The position numbers and the translations under genes were made by a program. A stretch of 64,000 bases of DNA from Candidatus Omnitrophota bacterium (lineage in GTDB: Bacteria > Hinthialibacterota > Hinthialibacteria > Hinthialibacterales > Hinthialibacteraceae). The notes under the pieces were generated by a model. It ran no database searches. It was given only the letters and a program-made list of their open reading frames with translations, and had not been told where the DNA came from. The DNA is taken from positions 10,714-74,713 of the forward strand of contig JAFGTC010000309.1 in assembly GCA_016934335.1 (NCBI GenBank), written 5' to 3'. Each line of letters opens with the position of its first letter. The stretch's first letter is position 1. Positions 10,571-20,377 of this stretch are shown piece after piece.

Positions 10571-11986
10571 TTATGAAGAAGCCGCAGCTTCTTGCTCCGG
10601 ATTGGATCCGATATTTGGAGACGAATTATCGGCTTGTTTGGGAAAATCCTGGTCGGAATCGACATGTTCTTCTTCAATCTCGGTGATATCGTTCTCTGGG
10701 ATGCCGTTAGATTTCGATTCCTCGATCGATTCTTGTTTGGGATTCTCTCTTTCTTGAAGAAATTGTTCAGTCTCATCCAAGATTTTTTGGGCGGTTTCTT
10801 GATCGAGACCTTCGATGGCCGTCAATCCCTCTATTCCAGCCTGCAAAATATCGTTGGCTTTAATAATGCCCTTCGCCAAAAACGTATCCGTCCAACCATC
10901 TTTGACCGAAGGGATCATGGACAATTCCTGTTTGGCCAATCGCTCGCGCTCCGCCAATTGCGATTCAGAAATAATGTCGATGTTCACCCCGGTCAATTCA
11001 GAGGCCAAACGCGCATTGAGACCGCTCTTGCCGATGGCCAGCGCCAATTCATCGTCGCGAACCACGAGCAAAGCCCTATGCGTCTGCGGATCATACTCCA
11101 CACTCTCAATGTTGGCAGGTTTTAGGGAATTGGCGACAAAACGCCGTTTGTCGTCGCTGTATTCAATAATGTCGATACGCTCTCCGCGCAGTTCTTGGAC
11201 CACCATCTGGACGCGAGAGCCCTTCATGCCGACGCAGGCGCCCACCGGATCCACGTCGCTGTCCGAAGAAAGAACCGCTATTTTACTGCGCTTCCCCGGT
11301 TCGCGAGCCACAAGACGGATGGTCACGATGCCATCCCGAATCTCGGCGACCTCCTGATCGAACAATTTCAAAACCAAACTCGGATCGTTTCGCGATAGAA
11401 TGATCTGCGCATCCTTGGTCGACTTTTGAATGTCAACGATGATGGCTTTGAGACGCTCGCCGTAGCGGTAGCGCTCGCCCGCCGGATGTTCGCGAGAGGG
11501 AAGCAGCGCCTCCGCATTGCCCAGATCCACGATGACGTTGCCGCGCTCGTATCGCTGGACTGTGCCGGCCACCAGATCGCCGATTCGGTTTTTGTATTTA
11601 TCGAAAATCATCTCGCGCTCCGCTTCGCGGATGCGCTGCGTAATGACCTGTTTGGCGCTTTGCGCGGCGATTCGCCCGAAATCTTCGGGAGTGACGTCGA
11701 TCACAAGTTCCTCCCCCACTTCAACGTCATCCACATAATTGCGCGCTTCTTCTAAAGAAATCTCGGCATATTCGTCTTCGACTTCCTCCACCACCTCCAT
11801 ATTCGCATAAACGCGAAATTCCCCCGTCTCGCGGTCGAGTTCGGCTTCGGCCACTTCCATCATCGGCGGAAGCATTTTTTTCGAGGCGGAAATCAAGGCG
11901 GCTTCCAAAGCGTCATAAAGCGCATCGATTGGAATATTTTTTTCGAGACTGATTCTGCCTAAGATATCCAGTACTTCTTTCGACAT
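10571..11986 (-). CDS. nusA: Transcription termination/antitermination factor NusA
   Basis: N-terminal domain plus S1 and KH domains and an acidic C-terminal tail. ATG at 11986. No rimP-sized ORF upstream. Confidence 0.95.
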   Translation of the reverse strand: MSKEVLDILGRISLEKNIPIDALYDALEAALISASKKMLPPMMEVAEAELDRETGEFRVYANMEVVEEVEDEYAEISLEEARNYVDDVEVGEELVIDVTPEDFGRIAAQSAKQVITQRIREAEREMIFDKYKNRIGDLVAGTVQRYERGNVIVDLGNAEALLPSREHPAGERYRYGERLKAIIVDIQKSTKDAQIILSRNDPSLVLKLFDQEVAEIRDGIVTIRLVAREPGKRSKIAVLSSDSDVDPVGACVGMKGSRVQMVVQELRGERIDIIEYSDDKRRFVANSLKPANIESVEYDPQTHRALLVVRDDELALAIGKSGLNARLASELTGVNIDIISESQLAERERLAKQELSMIPSVKDGWTDTFLAKGIIKANDILQAGIEGLTAIEGLDQETAQKILDETEQFLQERENPKQESIEESKSNGIPENDITEIEEEHVDSDQDFPKQADNSSPNIGSNPEQEAAASS

Positions 11987-12289
11987 CGTTCACACCAATA
12001 TAGTTTGTTTCGACGCACACCGTCTTCATCTTCACCCGCCGGATTATCATAAATGCAATGACATAACAAGGGATTTTCGGAGATCGATGACGTAAAAAAA
12101 GGCAGGGTAATACCCCACCTTCGCAATTTCAGTATAACACTCGTAATGAGATATACAAGTGGCATCCTTGCTAAAACGACTCCCGGTTCTTCTCTCTCCA
12201 AACAGTGAGAATGAGGCGAAACGAGACTCTCCCCTCATCCCCCGCAGCAAGTGGACGCCAAGTCGGAAAATTCAAAAAATCCTGGACGG

Positions 12290-13882
12290 CTAACGGACGA
12301 TCTGCTGCAATAAGTTGTTCGCTTCCTGATGGTTAGGCGCGCGCTTAATAATCTGCTGCAGTTTAGAATCCGCCTCCTGAAAATTTTTGGCTTCGATCTC
12401 TTTGCGCGCCTCCAGAAGCAACAGCACGATCTCCTTGTTCCGTTCTTCAGACTGAGCGATGATTTTATCCAAAGCGCTGATCAATTTCGGATCTTCCGGA
12501 GAAAATTCCAATGTGCGCTGCGCTAGTTCGATGGCTTCCTCGTAGTGAGCGCTTTCATAAAACTTTTGAGCCTCTTCCAGGTTGCGAACCGCCAATTCAG
12601 TTTTTAATTCGGACCGTCGATTTTCTCTCTCCGCCTGCTCCATGCGCCGTATTTCCCGTTCCAACGGATCGTCCAGGATTTGATCGATCTGCGCCTTCAA
12701 AAAAACCGCGGTGGGATTTTGAGGCCGTCGCTCCAACGCAAGGCGGATATTCTGAGCGGCCAATTCAAATTCATTCTTCTGTAAATACTGAAGGCTTTCC
12801 ACGATCATCTTGTCGGCGTAAAGACGATCCTGATCTTCGCGCTCCCAACGAGCAATTTCGTCGCGCAATTCAAGAATCTGATCGCGCAGCGACTGCGTCT
12901 CCTTCTCATTCGCCTTTCTTAGATTCTCAAGAGCCGCATCTCGATCTTTCTGCAGCTCGCGCACATTTTCCTGGGCCAGAAGCAAATTGCTCTTGTGGGT
13001 ATCCGCCCGCTCATTCGCCTTCTTCAAGGAATCTTTCAGGCTGATAACGGATTCTTGCAAGGTATCGATTTGCGTTTCGTTCTGAACAATGACGGCTTGT
13101 AGATTATCAATAGTTTTCAACTGATTTTGAAGATCCGCTTTCTCCTGCTGCAGGACGCGGATGTTTTCACGAAAATCATTGGTTCGATCGCGATAGTTTT
13201 CGCTGGTTCTCTGCATTCTTTCTTCTAAAGTTTGGATTTTCTGTTCTCGATCGGCGATCAGAGCTTCCGATTGAGCAATTTTCTTCAAAACGCCGTTAAT
13301 GCCTTCTGTTGGAAATTGAGTGGTGAGCGACTCGAATTGCGATTTCCATGATCCCGCCTCTTTTTCTTTCGCTATAAGAGTATTGGTCAAATCGTCAATG
13401 CGGCCGGATTTTTTATAAGCGTTGATCCCTAAAAACAGCGTAGTCACGAAAAAAAAGATCGCCGCGGCGCAGGCCAAAATCATCATCATTCTTTGCGGCT
13501 GCTGTTCCTGCTCCTCCGCGCGTATCTCCTCCATGCGCCGCGCTTTATCGATATTGTTATAGGCGTTCTCTGTCTCTGGATTTAATGATAAGCAATTTTC
13601 CCAGGCGCGTATGGCTTCGCTAAAAAGCCCCTTTTGAGCATTGATCGTTCCAAGCAGATTGTAATAAGTAGGATTCTCGGACGATAACGCAATAGCCGCC
13701 TCCAACTGGCCCAACGCTTCATCCAATTTCCCTTCGTGCGCCAGGGACAGGGCTTCATTGTAATGCGAATTTGCGGTATCAATAATTGATTTTATTGGAC
13801 TTAAGTCTGCGTTGCACTGCTCGCACACAATCGCATTGATTGGATTTTGATGATTGCATTGGGGACAAACAATTGCGTCCAT
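12290..13882 (-). CDS. Zinc-ribbon / TPR / single-TM / coiled-coil protein (530 aa), function unknown
   Basis: N-terminal CPQC...CEQC double-Cys zinc ribbon, TPR-like repeats, one hydrophobic helix (ILACAAAIFFFVTTLFLGI), a long heptad-like Q/E/R region and C-terminal TPRs. ATG at 13882 with AGGAG RBS. Confidence 0.6.
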   Translation of the reverse strand: MDAIVCPQCNHQNPINAIVCEQCNADLSPIKSIIDTANSHYNEALSLAHEGKLDEALGQLEAAIALSSENPTYYNLLGTINAQKGLFSEAIRAWENCLSLNPETENAYNNIDKARRMEEIRAEEQEQQPQRMMMILACAAAIFFFVTTLFLGINAYKKSGRIDDLTNTLIAKEKEAGSWKSQFESLTTQFPTEGINGVLKKIAQSEALIADREQKIQTLEERMQRTSENYRDRTNDFRENIRVLQQEKADLQNQLKTIDNLQAVIVQNETQIDTLQESVISLKDSLKKANERADTHKSNLLLAQENVRELQKDRDAALENLRKANEKETQSLRDQILELRDEIARWEREDQDRLYADKMIVESLQYLQKNEFELAAQNIRLALERRPQNPTAVFLKAQIDQILDDPLEREIRRMEQAERENRRSELKTELAVRNLEEAQKFYESAHYEEAIELAQRTLEFSPEDPKLISALDKIIAQSEERNKEIVLLLLEARKEIEAKNFQEADSKLQQIIKRAPNHQEANNLLQQIVR

Positions 13883-14057
13883 TTTCCCGCTCCTAATCCA
13901 GATTTCCTAATTTTATACCTAGCCATTCTAATCAGAAAACGTTTCAGGAAAAGCCATTGTCACCGCGGTGAAAAATGTTGTTTCGATAAGGATCGATGAA
14001 ATCTTCCCCCGCTATGTCGTCTTTCAGGAAAAATTCGAATGAAGATACAAAAAAACT

Positions 14058-14118
14058 CTTGATTTAGTTGACAACGTCAACTAAATCAAGTATACTTGAC
14101 AATGTCAACTAAATAAAG
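14058..14118. promoter_or_regulatory. 33-bp palindrome CTTGATTTAGTTGAC-AAC-GTCAACTAAATCAAG (15-bp perfect arms) plus a second half-site-like copy TTGACAATGTCAACTAAATAAAG. Putative repressor operator.
   Basis: Seen directly. It overlaps the -35 and spacer of the suf promoter. Lies in the divergent region between the zinc-ribbon TPR gene and sufB. Confidence 0.5.
14068..14096 (+). promoter_or_regulatory. Sigma70-like promoter TTGACA-17-TATACT reading toward sufB
   Basis: Consensus -35 with exactly 17-nt spacer and a near-consensus -10. Implies a 5-prime UTR of about 230 nt before the sufB ATG. Confidence 0.5.
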
Positions 14119-14330
14119 AAACCCGTTCTATTCAACATAATAAAGAATGAGGGAATTGTCAATTATTCATAAATTCACGCAGACTGAAACCGCTGACTTT
14201 TTCCGTTTTTCGAAATAAAAATTCCGAAATAGTCTATTTATTCTGCTTACATACATAAATTCTACAAAGACAATTCACATAAACGAACGTAACATTTTGA
14301 AATAAATAAATTTACACATAGGGAGCGATT

Positions 14331-15779
14331 ATGGTTTCGTCCTCTGAATCAGCCATACAAGAAGCCTTAAAAGAGTATAAATACGGTTTTACCACCAACA
14401 TCGAGCAGGATATCATCCCCAAAGGCTTAAACGAAGACGTCATCCGGTTGATCTCTACGATCAAAAAAGAACCGGAATTTATGTTGGATTGGCGGCTTCG
14501 CGCCTACAGGCATTGGACAACCATGCAGGAGCCGAAATGGCCTCATCTCAAATATCCGCCGGTCGATTACCAGGAAATCAGCTACTATGCGGCCCCTAAA
14601 AAAGATGAAGACCGGCCCGCCAGTTTGGATGAGGTGGATCCGGAAATTCTGGCAACCTACGAAAAACTGGGGATCCCGATTGAAGAGCAGAAAGTCTTGG
14701 CGGGGGTGGCCGTCGACGCCGTTTTCGACAGCGTTTCGGTGGCGACCACCTTCAAGGATAAACTATCCGAATTAGGCATCATTTTCTGCTCGTTCTCGGA
14801 AGCGGTGACGAATCATCCCGACTTGATCAAAAAATATTTAGGCTCGGTCGTGCCCTATACCGACAATTATTTCGCCGCGCTCAACTCGGCGGTGTTCAGC
14901 GATGGATCGTTCGTCTTCGTACCTGAAGGCGTGCGCTGCCCGATGGAATTATCGACCTATTTCCGCATCAACGCCGCCAATACCGGCCAATTCGAGCGTA
15001 CATTGATCGTCGCCGAAAAGGGCGCTTACGTCAGCTATCTCGAAGGCTGCACTGCACCGATGCGAGACGAGAACCAACTGCATGCGGCCGTCGTCGAACT
15101 CGTGGCGCTGGACGACGCCAAAATTAAATACTCCACTGTGCAAAACTGGTATCCCGGCGACAAGGACGGCAAGGGCGGCATCTATAATTTCGTCACCAAA
15201 CGCGGTAAATGCGCAGGCCGGCGCTCTAAGATTTCCTGGACGCAAGTCGAGACGGGGTCTGCAGTTACATGGAAATACCCCAGTTGCGTGCTCTTGGGCG
15301 ACGATTCTGTCGGCGAGTTTTACTCCGTCGCCTTGACCAATAACTATCAGCAGGCCGACACCGGAACCAAGATGATCCACATCGGGAAAAACACCAAGAG
15401 CACAATTATATCGAAAGGCATTTCCGCTGGATTCGGTCAGAATTCCTACCGGGGATTGGTCAAAATCCAGAAAAACGCTCAAAACGCCCGCAATTACACC
15501 CAATGCGATTCCATGCTGATGGGAGACAAATGCGGCGCGCATACTTTCCCATACATCGAAGTGAAGAACAACACCGCCAAAGTCGAACACGAAGCGACCA
15601 CTTCCAAAATCGGCGAAGACCAAATCTTCTACTGCCAGCAGAGAGGCATGTCAGAAGAAGACGCCGTCGGCATGATCGTCAACGGCTTCTGCAAAGAAGT
15701 ATTTCGCGAACTCCCGATGGAATTTGCCGTGGAAGCGCAGAAACTGCTGAGCATCAGCCTCGAAGGAAGCGTCGGATAA
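14331..15779 (+). CDS. sufB: Fe-S cluster assembly protein SufB
   Basis: 482 aa. Typical SufB length and conserved C-terminal half. GGGAG RBS. Confidence 0.95.
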   Translation: MVSSSESAIQEALKEYKYGFTTNIEQDIIPKGLNEDVIRLISTIKKEPEFMLDWRLRAYRHWTTMQEPKWPHLKYPPVDYQEISYYAAPKKDEDRPASLDEVDPEILATYEKLGIPIEEQKVLAGVAVDAVFDSVSVATTFKDKLSELGIIFCSFSEAVTNHPDLIKKYLGSVVPYTDNYFAALNSAVFSDGSFVFVPEGVRCPMELSTYFRINAANTGQFERTLIVAEKGAYVSYLEGCTAPMRDENQLHAAVVELVALDDAKIKYSTVQNWYPGDKDGKGGIYNFVTKRGKCAGRRSKISWTQVETGSAVTWKYPSCVLLGDDSVGEFYSVALTNNYQQADTGTKMIHIGKNTKSTIISKGISAGFGQNSYRGLVKIQKNAQNARNYTQCDSMLMGDKCGAHTFPYIEVKNNTAKVEHEATTSKIGEDQIFYCQQRGMSEEDAVGMIVNGFCKEVFRELPMEFAVEAQKLLSISLEGSVG

Positions 15780-15822
15780 AAGAAATTGAAAAAACAGCAA
15801 AAAAATGATGGAGATTAATAAT

Positions 15823-16593
15823 ATGTTGAAAATACAAAATTTGCATGCAAGCGTCGAAGGCAATGAAATTCTCAAGGGCATCGATCTTTCCGTGAACGCC
15901 GGCGAAGTGCACGCCATTATGGGGCCGAACGGTTCAGGCAAAAGCACGTTGTCTCAGGTCTTGGCCGGAAACGAAGCCTACGAAGTCACTGGCGGCTCCG
16001 TGGATTTCGAAGAGAAGGATCTGCTGGAAATGGAAACGGACGAGCGCGCCTGCGAAGGAATTTTCATGGCGTTCCAATACCCCGTCGAGATTCCCGGCGT
16101 CAGCAATTCCTACTTTTTGAAGACCGCCCTCAACTCCGTACGAAAATATCACGGCCTCCCCGAACTCGACGCCGTCGAATTCATCGAATTGGTCAACGAG
16201 AAAATCGGCCTGGTCGATCTTCCCAAAGAGCTGCTCAAGCGTTCGGTCAATGAAGGTTTTTCGGGCGGAGAAAAAAAGAGAAACGAAATTTTCCAAATGG
16301 CGGTTCTCGATCCGAAACTGGCGATTCTCGACGAAACCGACTCCGGCCTGGATGTCGACGCTTTGAGAATCGTCGCCGGCGGCGTGAACAAACTGCGAAG
16401 CAATAAGCGCGCCATCATCGTGATCACCCATTACGAACGCATTCTCAATTATTTGAGGCCGGATTTCGTTCATATTCTGGCCAACGGACGCATCGTAAAG
16501 TCCGGCGACTTCGACTTAGCGCTGAAAGTCGAAAACGAAGGATACGACTGGCTGAAGAATGAACTGCAGACAGAGCAGCCGGTCGGCGCGTAA
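15823..16593 (+). CDS. sufC: Fe-S cluster assembly ATPase SufC
   Basis: ABC ATPase with Walker A GPNGSGKST and signature FSGGEKKR. Canonical MLKIQNLHASV start at 15823 (GGAG RBS). The track ORF starts at 15805. Confidence 0.95.
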   Translation: MLKIQNLHASVEGNEILKGIDLSVNAGEVHAIMGPNGSGKSTLSQVLAGNEAYEVTGGSVDFEEKDLLEMETDERACEGIFMAFQYPVEIPGVSNSYFLKTALNSVRKYHGLPELDAVEFIELVNEKIGLVDLPKELLKRSVNEGFSGGEKKRNEIFQMAVLDPKLAILDETDSGLDVDALRIVAGGVNKLRSNKRAIIVITHYERILNYLRPDFVHILANGRIVKSGDFDLALKVENEGYDWLKNELQTEQPVGA

Positions 16594-16636
16594 ATGAGCC
16601 GAGAATCGAGCGCCATGGAAAGGAATACAGTTCGCC

Positions 16637-17959
16637 ATGAACCAATCAATCGCTCCCATTGAACAATATACGGCTGCATTTGAACAATTCGAGAAACAAA
16701 CAGCCGGAAAAGAACCCGATTGGCTGCATCAAATCAGGAAAGAAGCGTTCGCTTACCTCCAGGAAACGGGCTTCCCGAACTCGCGAATGGAGGAATGGAG
16801 GCACACCAATCTCTCTCCGCTTCTGCAGCAGTCCTTTCAACTCTGCCGGGATGACCGGCATGACGTCGCAGCGGACGAAATTCTACCGTTTCTCGTAGAA
16901 AATCTCGACGCTCATCAACTGGTTTTCATCAATGGTCGTTTGGATCCCAAGTTATCCGATTTGCATGGCTTGCCCGAAGGCGTGAGAGTGGAGAGCATCG
17001 CATCGCTTCTGCAAACCGACGCCGCCCGCCTGGAGCCTTATCTTGCCTGTCAAGGCAGTTTTGAAGGAAGTATATTTGCGGCCTTGAACACGGCGTTCAT
17101 GCAGGACGGCGCCTACATCTATATTCCAAAAGGGGCCGCCGTCGACAAACCCATCCATTTCTTGTATTACTCGGCGCCCAACGGCGAACATCTCGCATCG
17201 CATCCCCGCAGCGTCATCGTCGCCGGCCAGTCGTCGCAGGCCGTAATCATCGAGAGTTACGCCGGCCGCTGCGGCGAAGAATATTTCACCAACGCCGTAA
17301 CCGAAGTCGCTTTGGGCCCCAATGCATCCATCGAGCAATGCAAACTGCAGCGCGATTCGGATAAAGCCTACCACATGACCGTTCTTCAGGCGCATTTGGA
17401 CCGCGACAGCCGGTACAAACATCATTCCATCATCCTGGGCGGCGGATTTGTGCGCAACGATATTCATTCCATCCTCGACGCCGAAGGAATTCATTGCACG
17501 TTGAACGGGCTCTCCATGGCGGACGGCAATCGTCATATCGACAATCACACCTGGATTCGGCACGCCAAGCCCAACTGCGAGAGCCATGAACTGTATAAAG
17601 GTATCTTGGACGACAAGAGCTCCGGCGTTTTCAAAGGCCAAATCTACGTGGCCAAAGACGCCCAAAAAACCGATGCCAAACAAGCCAATCAGACGCTGCT
17701 GCTCTCCGACGAGGCGGAGATGAATTCCATGCCTCAATTGGAGATCTATGCGGACGACGTTAAATGCACGCACGGCGCCACTACCGGCCAATTGGATGAC
17801 GATGCAATCTTTTACCTGCAGTCGCGCGGCGTCAACCAAAAAGCGGCCCGCTCCCTTTTGACTTACGCATTCGCCAACGAAATCGTCCATCAAATCGGAT
17901 GCGAACCGATTCGCGGCCAGTTGGACCGGCTTCTTCACGAACGCCTGCCGATGGCTTGA
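16637..17959 (+). CDS. sufD: Fe-S cluster assembly protein SufD
   Basis: 440 aa, SufB/D fold, operon position. AAGGAA RBS. Confidence 0.9.
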   Translation: MNQSIAPIEQYTAAFEQFEKQTAGKEPDWLHQIRKEAFAYLQETGFPNSRMEEWRHTNLSPLLQQSFQLCRDDRHDVAADEILPFLVENLDAHQLVFINGRLDPKLSDLHGLPEGVRVESIASLLQTDAARLEPYLACQGSFEGSIFAALNTAFMQDGAYIYIPKGAAVDKPIHFLYYSAPNGEHLASHPRSVIVAGQSSQAVIIESYAGRCGEEYFTNAVTEVALGPNASIEQCKLQRDSDKAYHMTVLQAHLDRDSRYKHHSIILGGGFVRNDIHSILDAEGIHCTLNGLSMADGNRHIDNHTWIRHAKPNCESHELYKGILDDKSSGVFKGQIYVAKDAQKTDAKQANQTLLLSDEAEMNSMPQLEIYADDVKCTHGATTGQLDDDAIFYLQSRGVNQKAARSLLTYAFANEIVHQIGCEPIRGQLDRLLHERLPMA

Positions 17960-17979
17960 TTGATACAGGAGGCTTGACT

Positions 17980-19251
17980 ATGGTTACCGCGGAAAATGCT
18001 TTATCGATAAAGGAATGGAACAGGAGCGCTTCAGAATTGGACGCTTATAAGCTTCGCGACGATTTCCCCATTCTCAAACGATGGGTTCACGGCAAGCCCT
18101 TGGTCTATCTCGATAACGCCGCCAGCAGCCAGAAGCCTCAAGCTGTCATCGACGCCATAGAGAAAGTTTACACGGATTCTTACTCCAACATTCACCGGGG
18201 GGTGCACGCGCTGAGCCAGGAATGCACTTCGGCCTACGAAGAAGCGCGGGAAAAAGTTCAGAACTTTTTGAATGCGGCGCACAGCAAAGAAATCATCTTT
18301 GTCCGCAACGCCACCGAAGCAATCAACCTGGTCGTCTCCAGCTATGGAAGAACCAATCTGAGCCGGGGCGATGAAATCGTCATATCCGCCATGGAGCACC
18401 ATGCCAATATTGTTCCCTGGCAGATTCTTTGCCAGCAGACCGGCGCAGTGCTGCGCGTCGCTCCCATGACCGACGAAGGCGAACTGCAGCTGGATGAATA
18501 CAAAAAACTGCTCAACGATAAGACCCGATTCGTTTCGATCGTACACATTTCCAATGCGCTGGGTACGATCAATCCCATCCGCGACATTATCGCCGCGGCG
18601 CACGACCGGGGCGTTCCAGTGTTGATCGACGGCGCCCAGAGCGCGCCGCATACTTCCATCGACGTGCAGGAGTTAGACTGCGATTTCTTTGTCTTTTCCG
18701 GACATAAACTCTACGGTCCCAGCGGAATCGGCGTCTTGTACGGCAAGACCGAGTTCCTCGATTCCATGCCTCCTTACCAGGGCGGAGGCGACATGATCAG
18801 CTATGTCTCCTTCGAGAAAACTCTCTATAATGACCTGCCCTATAAATTCGAAGCGGGCACGCCCCATATCGCCGGCGCAATCGGCTTGGGAGCGGCGATC
18901 GACTATTTGACGTCGATCGGTTTGGATTCGATAGCCGCCTACGAACAGGAATTGCTGGAATATGCGACCCGGGCCTTGGCCGAGATTCCCGAAGTGCGCA
19001 TCATCGGAGCCGCCAAAGAAAAAGCGGCCGTCATCTCATTTCTCATAGGCGACATCCATCCCCACGACGTTGGGACCATCCTGGATCAGCAGGGCGTCGC
19101 CATCCGAACCGGTCACCATTGCGCCCAACCGATCATGGATCGGTTTGGCATTCCTGCGACGGCGCGCGCCTCGCTTGCTTTTTACAACACCCGTGAAGAA
19201 ATCGACGCCCTGATTGCAGGAATCAAAAAAGTTATTGAGGTCTTTGGTTAA
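17980..19251 (+). CDS. sufS: Cysteine desulfurase SufS (class II aminotransferase V)
   Basis: PLP-lysine context SGHKLYGPSGIGVLYG, catalytic Cys loop RTGHHCAQP. ATG at 17980 with CAGGAGG RBS. The track ORF is extended upstream. Confidence 0.9.
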   Translation: MVTAENALSIKEWNRSASELDAYKLRDDFPILKRWVHGKPLVYLDNAASSQKPQAVIDAIEKVYTDSYSNIHRGVHALSQECTSAYEEAREKVQNFLNAAHSKEIIFVRNATEAINLVVSSYGRTNLSRGDEIVISAMEHHANIVPWQILCQQTGAVLRVAPMTDEGELQLDEYKKLLNDKTRFVSIVHISNALGTINPIRDIIAAAHDRGVPVLIDGAQSAPHTSIDVQELDCDFFVFSGHKLYGPSGIGVLYGKTEFLDSMPPYQGGGDMISYVSFEKTLYNDLPYKFEAGTPHIAGAIGLGAAIDYLTSIGLDSIAAYEQELLEYATRALAEIPEVRIIGAAKEKAAVISFLIGDIHPHDVGTILDQQGVAIRTGHHCAQPIMDRFGIPATARASLAFYNTREEIDALIAGIKKVIEVFG

Positions 19252-19706
19252 TGTCAGAATTAGACGAACTCTACCAGGAAATCATTCTCGATCACAACAA
19301 AAATCCGCGCAATTTCCATAAAATGGAAGACGCCAATCACATGGCCGACGGATACAATCCCCTCTGCGGAGACAAAGTGACGGTCTATCTGCATCTGGAT
19401 GGGGATGTCGTATCCGATATCAGTTTTGACGGCAAAGGATGCGCCATTTCAACTGCGTCGGCGTCGCTTATGACGGAAACCATCAAGGGAAAAACGCTGG
19501 ACGAAGTGAAAACCATGTTCGAGAGTTTTCACGATCTTGTGACCGGACGGAAAGATCCCATGAAATGCGAGGTTTGCGTCGGGAAATTGAAAGTTCTGGC
19601 GGGGGTGCGCCAGTTTCCCATGCGGGTGAAATGCGCCACTCTATGCTGGCACACTCTCAAAGCCGCCATTGAATCGAACGAAGATGAATTCGTCACGACA
19701 GAGTAA
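19251..19706 (+). CDS. sufU: SufU-type (IscU/NifU-like) zinc-dependent sulfur-transfer protein
   Basis: Conserved Cys residues (PLCGD, GKGCAIS, CATL). Start overlaps the sufS stop (TAATG). Confidence 0.85.
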   Translation: MSELDELYQEIILDHNKNPRNFHKMEDANHMADGYNPLCGDKVTVYLHLDGDVVSDISFDGKGCAISTASASLMTETIKGKTLDEVKTMFESFHDLVTGRKDPMKCEVCVGKLKVLAGVRQFPMRVKCATLCWHTLKAAIESNEDEFVTTE

Positions 19707-19724
19707 TCCAAAATAAAGGAAGAG

Positions 19725-20066
19725 ATGAACATGAATGCATCCATAGAACCCGTCCTGAACGCTTCGGAAATCAAGGAGAAAGCCGTCGAGAAGCTGCGCG
19801 AAGTGTACGATCCGGAAATCCCCGTCAATATTTACGAACTGGGCCTGATTTACGACATCGACGTGCGCGACGATCAGTCGGTTCTAATCAGCATGACCCT
19901 AACCTCGCCCGCCTGCCCGGTCGCCGGCATCCTGCCGGGCGAAGTCGAAGCGAAAATACGAAGCATTCCCGGCGTCAGCGACGCAGTGGTGGAACTTGTC
20001 TGGGAGCCTCAGTGGACCCCTAACATGATGAGCGAAGCGGCAAAATTGGAACTAGGCTTCGATTGA
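19725..20066 (+). CDS. sufT: SufT / DUF59 (MIP18-family) Fe-S assembly protein
   Basis: About 110 aa DUF59-like with conserved LTSPACP motif. Last gene of the suf operon. AAGGAAG RBS. Confidence 0.7.
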   Translation: MNMNASIEPVLNASEIKEKAVEKLREVYDPEIPVNIYELGLIYDIDVRDDQSVLISMTLTSPACPVAGILPGEVEAKIRSIPGVSDAVVELVWEPQWTPNMMSEAAKLELGFD

Positions 20067-20249
20067 TTCCAGCGAGCGGAGAATCCAACAACCCTCCTTA
20101 ATAATCGATCGATCAATCCATAAATTAAAAGCGGCCCTTATTCACTCCATGACGCAGGATTTTTCTTGCCGACCGTTCTACCAAGCGACAATTTTGTTCA
20201 GGCAGGCGATATCCATTGATTCTATTCGATAGATTATTTTAAATGCACG

Positions 20250-20277
20250 TTGACGACTGAGACCTTTTTCTTATACT
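20250..20277 (+). promoter_or_regulatory. Sigma70-like promoter TTGACG-16-TATACT upstream of gspF
   Basis: Seen in sequence, about 100 nt upstream of the gspF ATG. Confidence 0.45.
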
Positions 20278-20377
20278 ATTAATGGACTCGAGTATAATTA
20301 TGTTTATTCCAAAACCCGCTTTGGATCTTCGCGATGTTCCCAGCAATCCAAATTGACGGGCGGGTGGGAGATAGAGT

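Noticed and set aside
11959-12250. Small ORFs (80 and 67 aa) upstream of nusA, a possible rimP remnant
   Set aside because: No RBS, no similarity to RimP by eye, and they overlap each other. Treated as noise, but flagged in the findings as absence of rimP.
14949-15623. 224-aa minus-strand ORF
   Set aside because: Antisense to sufB. No support.
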